This document shows positions 39,459 to 49,334 of a stretch of 64,000 nt of DNA, one piece after another. The stretch is from an uncultured Chloroflexia bacterium. Its GTDB lineage: Bacteria > Chloroflexota > Limnocylindria > Limnocylindrales > CSP1-4. The translations under genes were made by a program, and so were the position numbers. The notes beneath the pieces are model-generated. The model was not told the origin of the DNA, did not search any database, and was given only the letters and a program-made list of their open reading frames with translations. Position 1 is the first letter of the stretch; each line of letters begins with the position of its first letter. The stretch is taken from assembly GCA_963828165.1 (NCBI GenBank), contig CAWHDR010000001.1:736001-800000 (forward strand), read 5' to 3'.

Positions 39459-40274
39459 TCAGGCCGGCGTGCTGGCCGTCGCCGCGAGGAGCGCCTTGAT
39501 CTCGAACGGCGTGGCCGCCGCATAGCGCGACCGCAGGCGCGCGGCCTGGGCTGCCAGATGGGGCGCCGCGAACGAGTTGCCCGTTGCCCGGATCCGCCCG
39601 CCATCGCGCCAGGGCACGTCCACGTCGACACCGAAGGCCCCGAATTCCACCGGTGGCGAAGGGTTGTAGAACCAGGCGTCCGGATCGGGGATGTCGTGCG
39701 CGGCAACCGACACGACGGCGGCGAAGAGCGAGGGATACGAGGGGCCTGGGACGTTGTTCGCTGCACAGACCAGCAGGACGTTGGCAAAATACGCCCGATC
39801 CGCGAGCTCGTGGAATGCGCTGAACATCGCCTCGCTCCGAGAGGACAGGCTCAGGTTCACGACCCCAATTCGCTGTTCGATCGCCCACTCGACGGCCGCG
39901 GCGACGGCCCGGCCCTTGCCGCGGTTGTCCGCGCCGAGGACCCGGATCGACACCAGTTCGACCGCCGGCGCGATGCCCGCGATGATGCCGGCGCACGCAG
40001 TCCCGTGCCCGACGAGGTCGGCGCCTTGCGGGTCGTCGACGACTGCGGCGTCCTCACCGTCGATGTCCACGCGCATGCGGCGCGTGACGCGCCCCCGGAC
40101 GCCGGGGTGATCCGCGTCGACCCCCGAATCGACGATGGCCACGACGACACCGGCGCCATCGGTTTCCCCGAAGACCGCGTCACGATCCAGCCGGCCGAAT
40201 GGCCCGTCCCGCGTGAGCCCGGCCCGCGCGTCCGCGGCGAAGGCCTCGCTCCAGGCCGGCAGGGTCACGGTCAT
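39459..40274 (-). CDS. compact cytoplasmic S8 (subtilisin) serine peptidase
   Basis: VAIVDSG, GHGTACAG, TGNSFAAPH triad; no signal peptide. Confidence 0.9.
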   Translation of the reverse strand: MTVTLPAWSEAFAADARAGLTRDGPFGRLDRDAVFGETDGAGVVVAIVDSGVDADHPGVRGRVTRRMRVDIDGEDAAVVDDPQGADLVGHGTACAGIIAGIAPAVELVSIRVLGADNRGKGRAVAAAVEWAIEQRIGVVNLSLSSRSEAMFSAFHELADRAYFANVLLVCAANNVPGPSYPSLFAAVVSVAAHDIPDPDAWFYNPSPPVEFGAFGVDVDVPWRDGGRIRATGNSFAAPHLAAQAARLRSRYAAATPFEIKALLAATASTPA

Positions 40275-41092
40275 CGGCGGGGCCCCGATCCGGAGCCGCG
40301 GTGGGGCGGGCGTCGGCGGAGCAATGCCTCGAGCCAGTCTGCCGCGAGCTCGATCGAATCCGGATCGACGTCGCGCAGCCGCGCGATCTGGTCGGCCAGC
40401 CGCCAGGTCGGGTCCTCGGGATCGGTCGACAGGGCCCGCGTCGCGTCGCTGACGAGCGCATCGATCGCCGTGTCGTCGAGCGCCCGCTCACCGGTCTCCG
40501 TACCGTCCCGCGCGGCGAGCGCGGCGAGCGCGACGAGGGCGGCGCGCAGGAGCGAGACCGCGTCCCCGGCCGAGCGACGGCGTCGGACGAGCGTCGTCGC
40601 CGCGGACGCAAGGACGCCCGCGATCTCGAGGTCGCGCAGGGTGAACGTCCCGCCGCGCCGGTCGAGGACCTCCAGCACGCCGATCGTGCCGTCCGCGTCG
40701 CTGAGCGGTGTCGCGAGGATGGACGCGGGGACATAGCCGGTGGCCTCGGCGATGGTGCGGTCGAATCGAGGATCGGTCGTCACGTCCGCGATCGCGAGTT
40801 GCTGGCCGGTCGTGAACGCGTAGCCCGCGATCCCCGCAGCCGGATCCAGCTGCATCCCGATCACGTCGCCGCCGGCCGAACCCGCGCTGGCGAGGAACAC
40901 CAGACGGTCGGCGGTGGGGTCGTGGACCGCGACCGAGGCCGCCTGGGCGTCGAGCACGACCGTCGCCGTCGTCACGATCGTCGCGAGGAGGTCGTCATCG
41001 GCGACGGGGGTGATCCGCTGGGCCGCCTCCAGGCGCCGCGCCACCGCAGCGATGGCCAGCAGCGTCTCGTCGGCCGCTCGGCGCTCGGTCAC
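40271..41092 (-). CDS. stand-alone GAF domain protein
   Basis: LVF..S.G, GIAGY, D...DPRF, SILA.PL, IGVLEVLD, FT..DL. Confidence 0.85.
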   Translation of the reverse strand: MTERRAADETLLAIAAVARRLEAAQRITPVADDDLLATIVTTATVVLDAQAASVAVHDPTADRLVFLASAGSAGGDVIGMQLDPAAGIAGYAFTTGQQLAIADVTTDPRFDRTIAEATGYVPASILATPLSDADGTIGVLEVLDRRGGTFTLRDLEIAGVLASAATTLVRRRRSAGDAVSLLRAALVALAALAARDGTETGERALDDTAIDALVSDATRALSTDPEDPTWRLADQIARLRDVDPDSIELAADWLEALLRRRPPHRGSGSGPRR

Positions 41093-41820
41093 CGGCGCGC
41101 AGCTGCGGCCAACCGGGCCGCGTCCGGGATCACGAGATCGTCGCCCTCGAAGCGCAGCAGCCCCTGTGCCACGAAATCCGCGAGCAGGCGGTTCACCGAT
41201 TGGCGCGAACCGCCGATCATCCCGGCGAGCTCGCCCTGCGTGTACGGCCAGGGCAGACGCTGCTCGCCCGTCTCGATCCGTGGCGGCCAGGACCCGCCAT
41301 CGTCACCGCCCGGTAACGCGCGCAGGAGGTGGCGCGCCAGTCGCCCTGGCAGGTCCAGGAAGTGGAGGTCACCGAATTGGGCGGTCAGGCGGCGGATCTC
41401 GGTCGCCAGGGCAGCCAGCAACGCGCGTCGAAGGACCGGCTGCTCGTCCACGAGTCGGTCGAAGGCGTCGCGACGCAGGACCTGGGTCTCCACGACACCG
41501 ACCGCGACCGCCGTCGCGGACCGGGCGGCCCCATCGAGCAGGGCCAGCTCACCGAAGAACCCACCAGGCGCGATCGTCGTCAGGATCGCGGGGTCGGATC
41601 CGTCGCCCGGCGGGATCGTGATCTTCACCCGACCCGAGGTCACGATGAACAAGGCGTCGCCGGGGTCGTCCACGTGGAAGATCGTCTCTCCGCGGCGAAA
41701 GCGGCGCGGTCCGAGCGCTGCGGCCACGATGCCCAGGATCGGCTCGTCGAGACCGGAGAACAGGCGACATTCGCGCAGGGCGTCTTGCGCCAGCGCGGTG
41801 TCTCCGGATCGGGCGACCAT
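41089..41820 (-). CDS. Crp/Fnr-family regulator (cNMP-binding)
   Basis: FFGELALLDGAARSATA; HTH TQGELAGMIGGSRQSVNR. Confidence 0.92.
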   Translation of the reverse strand: MVARSGDTALAQDALRECRLFSGLDEPILGIVAAALGPRRFRRGETIFHVDDPGDALFIVTSGRVKITIPPGDGSDPAILTTIAPGGFFGELALLDGAARSATAVAVGVVETQVLRRDAFDRLVDEQPVLRRALLAALATEIRRLTAQFGDLHFLDLPGRLARHLLRALPGGDDGGSWPPRIETGEQRLPWPYTQGELAGMIGGSRQSVNRLLADFVAQGLLRFEGDDLVIPDAARLAAAARR

Positions 41821-41867
41821 GTCGCCCATCGTACGCGGGCGGGGATCCCGGCGCGGGGCCGGGGGCT

Positions 41868-42542
41868 TCAGGATCGGGGGATCGGGCGCATCGGGTAGAC
41901 GCCCACGACGACCGGCGTCCGCGGATCGAGCGACAGCTCATAGCCGATCTCGCCGCCACGCAGCAACTCGCCCAGGAGGGAGCCTTCCCGCGATGGCAGG
42001 CCGACGTACACCTTGCCCTGCTCGATCGAGACCTGGGTGACGTCGTCGTCGTCACCGTCGATCGCGAAGCGGCGTCGCAGCTCGTGCATGGGCACGTACG
42101 GGCGGCTCTTGATGAACCGACGGAGCTGTGGCGCGGTACAGCCGTTCGATCGCTCCTGGCCGTTGGCCCCCGCGGGACCATGGCCGTTGGTCGGCCCGGG
42201 ACCGTGGCCGTTGGGGCGTCCGTTGGGGCCGACGGGCGACGGTACCGATCGGTCCCGTCCCATGCCTGCCATGCGCGGCTGTCCGCCCGGGGCAGGTGGC
42301 GGCGGGGGGGCGGTACGCGCGGTGGCGTCGGACTGGGGTCGCTGGTCCTCGGATCGCGGTGCCGCGTGGTCGTGTGACGTTCGCGGCCCTGCGGCGGCCG
42401 TGGCATCGACGGGCAGCGGTGGCTCGCCGTTCGTGTCGACCGGCACGGGCGGTACGCCGGGCCCGGGCCCGGGCGTATGGCGCGCGGGGTCATGACGGTA
42501 CCGGCCGCCCCCGTGCGATCGGCCGTGGTGGCGGCGACTCAT
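41868..42542 (-). CDS. hypothetical protein: disordered His/Pro/Gly N-terminus plus compact C-terminal domain
   Basis: Globular-looking C-terminus QLRRFIKSRPYVPMHELRRRF...VVGVYP. Confidence 0.6.
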   Translation of the reverse strand: MSRRHHGRSHGGGRYRHDPARHTPGPGPGVPPVPVDTNGEPPLPVDATAAAGPRTSHDHAAPRSEDQRPQSDATARTAPPPPPAPGGQPRMAGMGRDRSVPSPVGPNGRPNGHGPGPTNGHGPAGANGQERSNGCTAPQLRRFIKSRPYVPMHELRRRFAIDGDDDDVTQVSIEQGKVYVGLPSREGSLLGELLRGGEIGYELSLDPRTPVVVGVYPMRPIPRS

Positions 42543-42697
42543 CGGTGGGCGAACCCGGGATGGGCATCCCGGGCGAGTAGCTCGGCGACGGAACGTCGCC
42601 GTTGGTTGGTGGGCATCGGATCTCAGGTGCTGGGCGGGCCGCTTGGATACGGCACGGTCCCGATGATACCGCACGTGTCCGCCGGTGCCGTCGGCGG

Positions 42698-43855
42698 TCA
42701 GCCCTCGACGACGTACAGCTCGCGCGGCGCTTCGTTGAGCACGATCGGTCCATCGTCGCCGCAGACGACGATGTCCTCGATGCGGGCACCGTATTCGCCC
42801 GGGAAGTAGATGCCCGGCTCGACGCTGAAGGCCATGCCGGGTCGCAGCGGCAGGTCGTTACCGGCGACCAGGTACGGGTCCTCGTGCCCCTCGAGTCCGA
42901 TGCCGTGCCCGGTCCGATGGAAGAACGCCTCGCCGTAACCCTCGGCCTCGATCCTCGTGCGCGCCGCGGCGTCCACTGCAGCACACACGGTGCCGGGTCG
43001 AGCGGCGCGAGTGGCCGCCTCCTGGGCGCCGTGGAGGACGGAGAACAGGTGGCGGAATCGCTCGTCCGGGCCCTTGTTCGGGTCGCCGCCGGTCACCCAC
43101 AACGTGCGGGTGATGTCCGAGCCGTAGCCGCCCAGCGTGCCGCCGATGTCGAGCACGATCGGCTCACCCGCCTCGATGACGCGCTCGGAGGCCTCGTGGT
43201 GTGGCGACGCCGCGTTCGGGCCCGAGCCCACGATCGCGAAATGCGCCTCCTCGTGGCCTTCGGCGACGAGTCGTTCACGGACCTCCCGGGCCACATCCGC
43301 CTCCGTTCGTCCGATCAGCCGCCCGTTCGCGATCTGGCCGACCACGCGGTCGGCAGCCTGCGCGGCGAGGCGCAGGAGCGCGATCTCATCGGCGTCCTTG
43401 ATCATGCGCAGCTCGCGCAGGACCGACGACGCTGAGTCGTAGGTCGCCGCCGTAGCGATGGCGGTCTGGAGGCGAAGGACGTGGAGCGCGATCATCGTGT
43501 CCGAAAGGCCGATGCGCACCGACGCCCCCTTCGTGGCGTCCACGACCTCGGCGACCAGCGCGTACGGATCGTCCGTTTCGTCCCACGTCCGGATCTCGAT
43601 CGCGGTGCGCAGGCCGGATTCTGCCGCGCCGCGCTCCAGCCGCGGGACGACGATGAACGGATCCTGGCCGTTGACCAGCACGAGCACGGTCAGCCGCTCC
43701 AACGGCATCGCCTCGTAGCCGGTCAGGTAGCGCAGGTCCGACCCGACGCCGATGAGCAGCGCGTCCAGGCCGGCTGTCGCCGTTTCGGCGGATGCACGCT
43801 CGAGCCGCTCGGCGAAGCGCGTCGCCGGGATGAGCGGGCGGGCCGCCAACGTCAC
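42698..43855 (-). CDS. Xaa-Pro aminopeptidase (M24B)
   Basis: LRMIKD..EI, D.G..Y.SDITRT, HRTGHGIGL..HE, EPGIY, RIED. Confidence 0.92.
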   Translation of the reverse strand: MTLAARPLIPATRFAERLERASAETATAGLDALLIGVGSDLRYLTGYEAMPLERLTVLVLVNGQDPFIVVPRLERGAAESGLRTAIEIRTWDETDDPYALVAEVVDATKGASVRIGLSDTMIALHVLRLQTAIATAATYDSASSVLRELRMIKDADEIALLRLAAQAADRVVGQIANGRLIGRTEADVAREVRERLVAEGHEEAHFAIVGSGPNAASPHHEASERVIEAGEPIVLDIGGTLGGYGSDITRTLWVTGGDPNKGPDERFRHLFSVLHGAQEAATRAARPGTVCAAVDAAARTRIEAEGYGEAFFHRTGHGIGLEGHEDPYLVAGNDLPLRPGMAFSVEPGIYFPGEYGARIEDIVVCGDDGPIVLNEAPRELYVVEG

Positions 43856-44220
43856 GCTCCGATCTCCGCCGGCCGCGCGAGCCACGCCGTGATGGCCGCC
43901 GGCCCGTCGTCGAACAGCTTGCGGTACGCGTAGACACGATCGGCGCCCGCGGTGAGGGCCCGTTTGCGCAGCTCGTGGTCGTCGTGCTGTCCGACCGCGA
44001 GCACCCGCAGGCCGGCGGTGTGCGCCCGTTCGATCGCGGTCACGCCATCGTAGGCGAGCGCGGTCAGGTCGACGATCGCGGCATCGCTCCCCACCAGGGC
44101 GGCCGCGAATCGCTCCGGAGAGGCCACGCGCACGGGCTCGGCGCCGGCCGCCTCGACAGCCCGGGCCAGACGATCCGCCCAGATGAGGTCCTGGGCGAGG
44201 ACGACCACGCGGGCCGTCAC
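43852..44220 (-). CDS. atypical single-domain response regulator (receiver-like)
   Basis: VVLAQD, AIVDL, ALTAGAD; GTGA coupling on both sides. Confidence 0.6.
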   Translation of the reverse strand: MTARVVVLAQDLIWADRLARAVEAAGAEPVRVASPERFAAALVGSDAAIVDLTALAYDGVTAIERAHTAGLRVLAVGQHDDHELRKRALTAGADRVYAYRKLFDDGPAAITAWLARPAEIGA

Positions 44221-44795
44221 GACGAGGCGCGATCCATCGACGACGCCAGGTGGTGGAACACGTCACGCGCGGTGACGACGCCGGTCGGGCGACCGTCCTC
44301 GACGATCGGGATGTGGCGGAATCCCCCGACGGCCATCTTGTGGATGGCGACCGCGATCGGGTCGTCGTGGCGGAGCACGACCGGGTCGGGGGTCATGAAA
44401 TCGCGGACGTGGAAGGAATCCAGACGCTTGCCGGCGGCCTTCACCACCGCGTCGCGGTCAGTGAAGATGCCCACCAGGCGATCGTCCGTCATGACGAGGA
44501 GGCAATCGGTCTCGGCATCGTGCATCCGCGCGATCGCGACGTCGAGCGGCGTGTCCGGCGTGACGGTGATAGGCGCCGGCGCACCCAGCCGATCGAGGTG
44601 CTCGCCCATCAGTTCGCCCTTGAACGCGGGTGCCTGCCCCGGGGTGTCGTGGCCGAAGATGTCCGCCCCGCAGTTGTCGCAGATATCGGCGCCGATCAGG
44701 TTCTCATAGCCGCACGACGGGCAGCGCATGCCGTCGCCGCCGGCTTCCTGCCCCGCGACGATGCCGTCTTCGCCGCCGTCTACTCGACCGTCCAT
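44217..44795 (-). CDS. zinc-ribbon + CBS-pair protein
   Basis: CPSCG..C..CG; LVGIFTDRD, MTPDP, FRHIPIV. Confidence 0.88.
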   Translation of the reverse strand: MDGRVDGGEDGIVAGQEAGGDGMRCPSCGYENLIGADICDNCGADIFGHDTPGQAPAFKGELMGEHLDRLGAPAPITVTPDTPLDVAIARMHDAETDCLLVMTDDRLVGIFTDRDAVVKAAGKRLDSFHVRDFMTPDPVVLRHDDPIAVAIHKMAVGGFRHIPIVEDGRPTGVVTARDVFHHLASSMDRASS

Positions 44796-45856
44796 GTCTC
44801 TCCGCCGGCAAGCACACGTTCGAGGTCGCCGGGTCCTGACCGCGCGATCGCGGCCGACACCTGGTCCTCGAGGAGGCGGTCATGGGTCGGCCGGGTGATG
44901 GCGCGCAGGACGCCGACCGGTACCGGGAAGTCCGGCCAGAACATGCGCGAGAGGACGAGGGCGAGATACGGGTCCTCGGCCGTCTCGTCGTGGACCAGCA
45001 GGTCGGCTTCCGTGACGCCGTTCTCGCCGATCGTCACGACCTCGGGCTTGAGGCCATCGAGCCGGATGCCCTTGTCGCGATCCTTGCCGAAGATCATCGG
45101 CTTGCCGTGCTCGAGGAACAGCATCCGGTCCTCGCGGACCTCACGGTCGGTGAAGTCCCGCCAGGCACCGTCGTTGAAGATGTTGCAGTTCTGGAGGACC
45201 TCGATGAACGAGGAGCCCTTGTGGCGACCGCCGCGCTCGAGCGTCTGCTGCAGATGCTCGGTGTGGGTGTCGACCGAGCGGGCCACGAACGAGGCCTCGG
45301 CCGCGAGCGCGATCGTGAGCGGGATGATCGGCGTGTCGATCGAGCCGACCGGGGTCGACTTGGTCTTCTTCCCGAACTCCGACGTGGGCGACGCCTGGCC
45401 CTTGGTCAGCCCGTAGATGCGGTTGTTGAACATCACCATGTTGATGTCGACATTGCGCCGCATCGAGTGGATGACGTGGTTGCCACCGATGCTGAGCGCG
45501 TCGCCGTCACCGGTGATGACCCAGACCATCAGGTCCGGGCGGGCAGCCTTCAAGCCCGTGGCCAGCGTGGGGGCGCGGCCGTGGATCGTGTGGAAGCCGT
45601 ACGTGTTCATGTAGTACGGCAGGCGCCCGGAGCAGCCGATGCCGCTGATGAAGACGATGTCCTCCCGCTTGTACCCGAAGTCGGGCATGACCTTCTGGGT
45701 CTGGGCAAGGATCGAGTAGTCCCCGCAGCCCGGACACCAGCGAACCTCCTGGTCGGACACGAAGTCCTTGCGCGTGAGCGCGATGATCTCGGCGTTCTCT
45801 GCACTGAGTGCAGGCTGCGCCGGGACGGGCGTCTGCCCGTTCGTCTCCGTGGTCAT
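44780..45856 (-). CDS. korB: 2-oxoacid:ferredoxin oxidoreductase beta subunit
   Basis: WCPGCG, SGIGCS, HGRA, GDGD..SIG.NH, YGLTKGQ.SPT. Confidence 0.92.
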   Translation of the reverse strand: MTTETNGQTPVPAQPALSAENAEIIALTRKDFVSDQEVRWCPGCGDYSILAQTQKVMPDFGYKREDIVFISGIGCSGRLPYYMNTYGFHTIHGRAPTLATGLKAARPDLMVWVITGDGDALSIGGNHVIHSMRRNVDINMVMFNNRIYGLTKGQASPTSEFGKKTKSTPVGSIDTPIIPLTIALAAEASFVARSVDTHTEHLQQTLERGGRHKGSSFIEVLQNCNIFNDGAWRDFTDREVREDRMLFLEHGKPMIFGKDRDKGIRLDGLKPEVVTIGENGVTEADLLVHDETAEDPYLALVLSRMFWPDFPVPVGVLRAITRPTHDRLLEDQVSAAIARSGPGDLERVLAGGETWTVE

Positions 45857-45857
45857 G

Positions 45858-47777
45858 TCAATCCACCCCCTGGCCGCTGTTCGGGCTGTCGCCACCGGCG
45901 ACCGAGTCGCCGGTTCGCCCGTCGCCGACGCCCAGGATCCGTTCGGCCTCCTCGACGATCTCGGCGATGCGGAACGGCTTGCCGCGGACGCGGTCGTATC
46001 CGACGGCGTCGATGAGGTACTTCGCCCGGACGAGCAGCAGCAGCTGGCCCAGGTTGACTTCGGGGATGAGGACCCGGCGGTAGTTGCGCAGCACCGCCTC
46101 CGTATTGGCCGGGAATGGGTTGAGGTGGCGCAGGTGGGCATGCGCGACCGACCGGCCCTCCGCCTGCAGGCGCTCGGCCGCCGAGCGGATCGCGCCATAG
46201 GTCGAGCCCCATCCGAGCATGAGCAGCTCACCGCTTTCCGGTCCCATGACCTCGAGTGGGGCGATATCGGTCGCGATGCCCGCGACCTTCTGCTGGCGCA
46301 GCATCTGCATCTTGTGGTGGTTGTCCGGGTCGTAGCTGACGTTGCCCGACCCGTCCGCCTTCTCGAGACCGCCGATGCGGTGCTCGAGCCCGGCCGTGCC
46401 CGGCACGGCCCATGGCCTGGCGAGCGTCTCCGGATCGCGCAGGTAGGGCTGGAAGATCCCGCCGTCGGCGGCGGCGTTGGAGACCGCGATGCTCGGGAGC
46501 GACGCGAGGTCCGGGATCGGCCACGGCTCGGACCCGGTCGCGAGGAACGCATCGGACAGGTAGACGACCGGGGTCATGTACTTCAGTGCGATGCGGGCCG
46601 CCTCGATGGCGAGGTCGAAGCATTCGCCGGGTGTCGCCGGCGCCACGATCGGGATCGGCGAATCGGAGTTGCGCCCGAACATCACCTGCAGCAGGTCGGC
46701 CTGCTCGTTCTTCGTCGGCATCCCGGTGGACGGGCCGGCGCGCTGGACATCGATGACGACGAGCGGCAGCTCCACCATGACCGCGAGGCCCATCGCTTCT
46801 GTCTTGAGCGCGATGCCGGGCCCGGACGAAGCCGTCAGCCCGAGCGCACCACCGTAGCTCGCCCCGATGGCCGCCCCGATGGCGGCGATCTCGTCCTCCG
46901 CCTGGAACGTCTTGACCCCGAAGGTCTTGTACCCCGACAGCTGGTGCAGGATGTCGCTCGCCGGGGTGATCGGATACGAGCCGTAGAACAGCGGGCGGTC
47001 GGCGAGCCTGCTCGCGGCGAGGAAGCCCAGCGCGGTGGCCTCGTTGCCCGTGATGTTGCGGTACGTCCCGGGCGCGAGCTTGGCCGGCCGGACGCGGTAA
47101 TGCGTGTGGAACATCTCGGTCGTCTCGCCGAACGCGTAACCGGCGCGCAAGGCGCGCTTGTTGGCCTCGGCGACGACCGGGCGCGCGGAGAACTTGGCGT
47201 CGATCCATCCGAGCGTCGGGTCCATGCTTCGCTCGTACAGCCAGAACATGATCCCGAGCGCAAAGAAGTTCTTGGTCAGGTCCTTCTGCTTGGTCGTCAT
47301 GTCGAGCCCGTCGAGCGAGCGCTCGTTGAGCGACGAGATCGGGATCTCGAACGTGGTGTAGGCCTTGAGCGAGCCATCGGTCAGCGGGTTCGCCGCGTAG
47401 GCGGCCTTGTTGAGGTTGCCCTGGGTGAAGGCGTCGCTGTTGACGATGAGCGCGCCGCCCGCCGGCAGGTCGCCGATGTTGGTCTTGAGTGCCGCCGGGT
47501 TCATGGCCACGAGGACGTCGGGCGCATCGCCGGGCGTGTGGATCTCGGTCGAGCTGAAGCTGATCTGGAAGCCACTGACGCCGGGCAGCGAGCCAGCCGG
47601 CGCGCGAATCTCAGCCGGGAAGTCGGGGAGCGTGCTGATGTCGTTGCCGAAGACCGCCGCGGTCCGGGTGAACTGGGTCCCGGTCAGCTGCATCCCGTCG
47701 CCGGAATCGCCGGCGAAGCGGATCGTGACCCGCTCGAGCTCCTGGGTCGGGAGCTCCGGCTCCCTCGTCGTCGTCAC
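45858..47777 (-). CDS. korA: 2-oxoacid:ferredoxin oxidoreductase alpha subunit
   Basis: FAGDSGDGMQ, YPITPAS, QAEDEIAA, SGPG, QR.GPSTG.PT, E.N.GQL. Confidence 0.92.
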   Translation of the reverse strand: MTTTREPELPTQELERVTIRFAGDSGDGMQLTGTQFTRTAAVFGNDISTLPDFPAEIRAPAGSLPGVSGFQISFSSTEIHTPGDAPDVLVAMNPAALKTNIGDLPAGGALIVNSDAFTQGNLNKAAYAANPLTDGSLKAYTTFEIPISSLNERSLDGLDMTTKQKDLTKNFFALGIMFWLYERSMDPTLGWIDAKFSARPVVAEANKRALRAGYAFGETTEMFHTHYRVRPAKLAPGTYRNITGNEATALGFLAASRLADRPLFYGSYPITPASDILHQLSGYKTFGVKTFQAEDEIAAIGAAIGASYGGALGLTASSGPGIALKTEAMGLAVMVELPLVVIDVQRAGPSTGMPTKNEQADLLQVMFGRNSDSPIPIVAPATPGECFDLAIEAARIALKYMTPVVYLSDAFLATGSEPWPIPDLASLPSIAVSNAAADGGIFQPYLRDPETLARPWAVPGTAGLEHRIGGLEKADGSGNVSYDPDNHHKMQMLRQQKVAGIATDIAPLEVMGPESGELLMLGWGSTYGAIRSAAERLQAEGRSVAHAHLRHLNPFPANTEAVLRNYRRVLIPEVNLGQLLLLVRAKYLIDAVGYDRVRGKPFRIAEIVEEAERILGVGDGRTGDSVAGGDSPNSGQGVD

Positions 47778-48274
47778 GCCCCTTCCGGCTGCTTCATGCG
47801 CTGGTGCGGCCGCGGCGGCAGGTTCAGCAGCTCCTCGGGGAAGGACTCGGCCAGGTACTTGATGATGTCGTTCTGGCGGACCACGCCGACGAGGTGACCC
47901 GTGGCATCGACGAGGGGGATGTTGCGGTACTGCCCGGTCTGCATCAGCTCGAGCGCGTCGCGGATGGTCTGGTCGAGATCGAGCGTGCGTGGTTCCGTGG
48001 TCATCAGCGACTCGACCGGCTGGTGGAGGTCGACGTTGCCACCGACGATGCGTCCGAAGACATCGCGCTCCGTCAGCACGCCGAGCAGGCTGCCGTCGTT
48101 GTCGCAGACGAAGACCGAATCGCCGGTCCCGGTCCGCTGGATCGCGCGAAGGCATTCGGCGAGGCTGGTGCCGGGCGGAACGGTCACGGGGTGGCGGCGG
48201 CTGAGGACGCGCAGGCGCTCGTCGGTCAGGGATGGGACGCGACTGGCGACCACGCCTTCGGAGAGGTCGGTCAC
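47774..48274 (-). CDS. CBS-pair protein
   Basis: GVLTERD, MT.EP, YRNIPLVD. Confidence 0.85.
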   Translation of the reverse strand: MTDLSEGVVASRVPSLTDERLRVLSRRHPVTVPPGTSLAECLRAIQRTGTGDSVFVCDNDGSLLGVLTERDVFGRIVGGNVDLHQPVESLMTTEPRTLDLDQTIRDALELMQTGQYRNIPLVDATGHLVGVVRQNDIIKYLAESFPEELLNLPPRPHQRMKQPEGA

Positions 48275-48332
48275 GCTCGAAGTGTAGACCGTCCCTGCGC
48301 ACGATGGTTGCGCACTGGTAGCCTCGCGACGC

Positions 48333-49328
48333 ATGGATCGACGGTCGGCCGTGGGCATGGGCCTGGTGGTGATCTCGGCGGCCGGCTACGGATCGGGCTC
48401 GATCCTCGCCGCGCCGATCTACGCGACCGGGGTGGACTGGCTGACGCTCGTGAGCTGGCGGTTCCTGATCGGCGCCGTGCTCGGCTGGATCTGGGTACTG
48501 GCGTCGTCGCATCGCAGGACGGCCCTGCGCAGGCTGGGACGGCGGAGGCTCGGGGTTGCCCTAAGCCTTGGTGCGCTGTTCGTCGGGAACTCCGGGACGT
48601 ACTACGCGAGCCTCGAGACGGTCCCCGCGGCGTTGGCGGGCGTCGTGGTCTACACCTATCCCGTCATGGTCGCGGTCCTGTCGCTGCGCTTCGCCACCCG
48701 CCTTCCGGGCCGGCGTCCATGGGTCGCGGCCGGGCTCGCCGTCGCCGGGTCGGCCCTTGCGCTCGGGGGCATCGATGTCGCCAAGGCGCCACCGGTCAGC
48801 GGCCTCGTGCTGGTGTTCGCCTCGGCCATGATCTACTCGGTCTGGATCATCCTCTCGGCGCGCCTGTCCGGCGAGCGGCGCGACCGCCTGGCCAGCGAGT
48901 CGAGCACGGATGGATCGCCGGCCGGGGATGCGGCCGTAACGACGACACTGATGATGAGCGCGACCGCGGTCGTCTACGCCGCGGCCGGATCCGTGGCGGG
49001 CCGGCCGCTGGATCCAACGACCGTGCCCCAGAGCGCCTGGCCGGCGATCCTGGCCGTCGCGTTCGTCGCGTCGTTCCTGGCGATCCAGACGTTCTACGCC
49101 GGCGCCCGGCGGATCGGTGCGGCCAGGGCGGCACTGACCGCGACGGTCGAGCCGTTGATCATCGTCGTCCTGGCGTGGATCTTCCTCGACCAGACCCTGG
49201 CGCCGATCCAGCTCATCGGCGCGGGCCTGATCCTCGTCGCCGTCGTCGTCGCGCAGACGGCCCCGCGCCCGAGTGGGGCGCCGGAGCCGGCCACGCCCCT
49301 GGAAGCCGAGGTCGGTGGATCGGGATAA
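48333..49328 (+). CDS. DMT/EamA-family transporter
   Basis: About 10 TMs, WRF, YTYP, IGAARA....EP. Confidence 0.88.
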   Translation: MDRRSAVGMGLVVISAAGYGSGSILAAPIYATGVDWLTLVSWRFLIGAVLGWIWVLASSHRRTALRRLGRRRLGVALSLGALFVGNSGTYYASLETVPAALAGVVVYTYPVMVAVLSLRFATRLPGRRPWVAAGLAVAGSALALGGIDVAKAPPVSGLVLVFASAMIYSVWIILSARLSGERRDRLASESSTDGSPAGDAAVTTTLMMSATAVVYAAAGSVAGRPLDPTTVPQSAWPAILAVAFVASFLAIQTFYAGARRIGAARAALTATVEPLIIVVLAWIFLDQTLAPIQLIGAGLILVAVVVAQTAPRPSGAPEPATPLEAEVGGSG

Positions 49329-49334
49329 GCGGCC

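Noticed and set aside
3670-47897. Many long antisense or alternate-frame ORFs (e.g. 3670..5586, 34663..36621, 40301..42040, 45768..47897)
   Set aside because: Shadow ORFs of recognisable genes; Arg/Gly/Pro-rich with no family motifs
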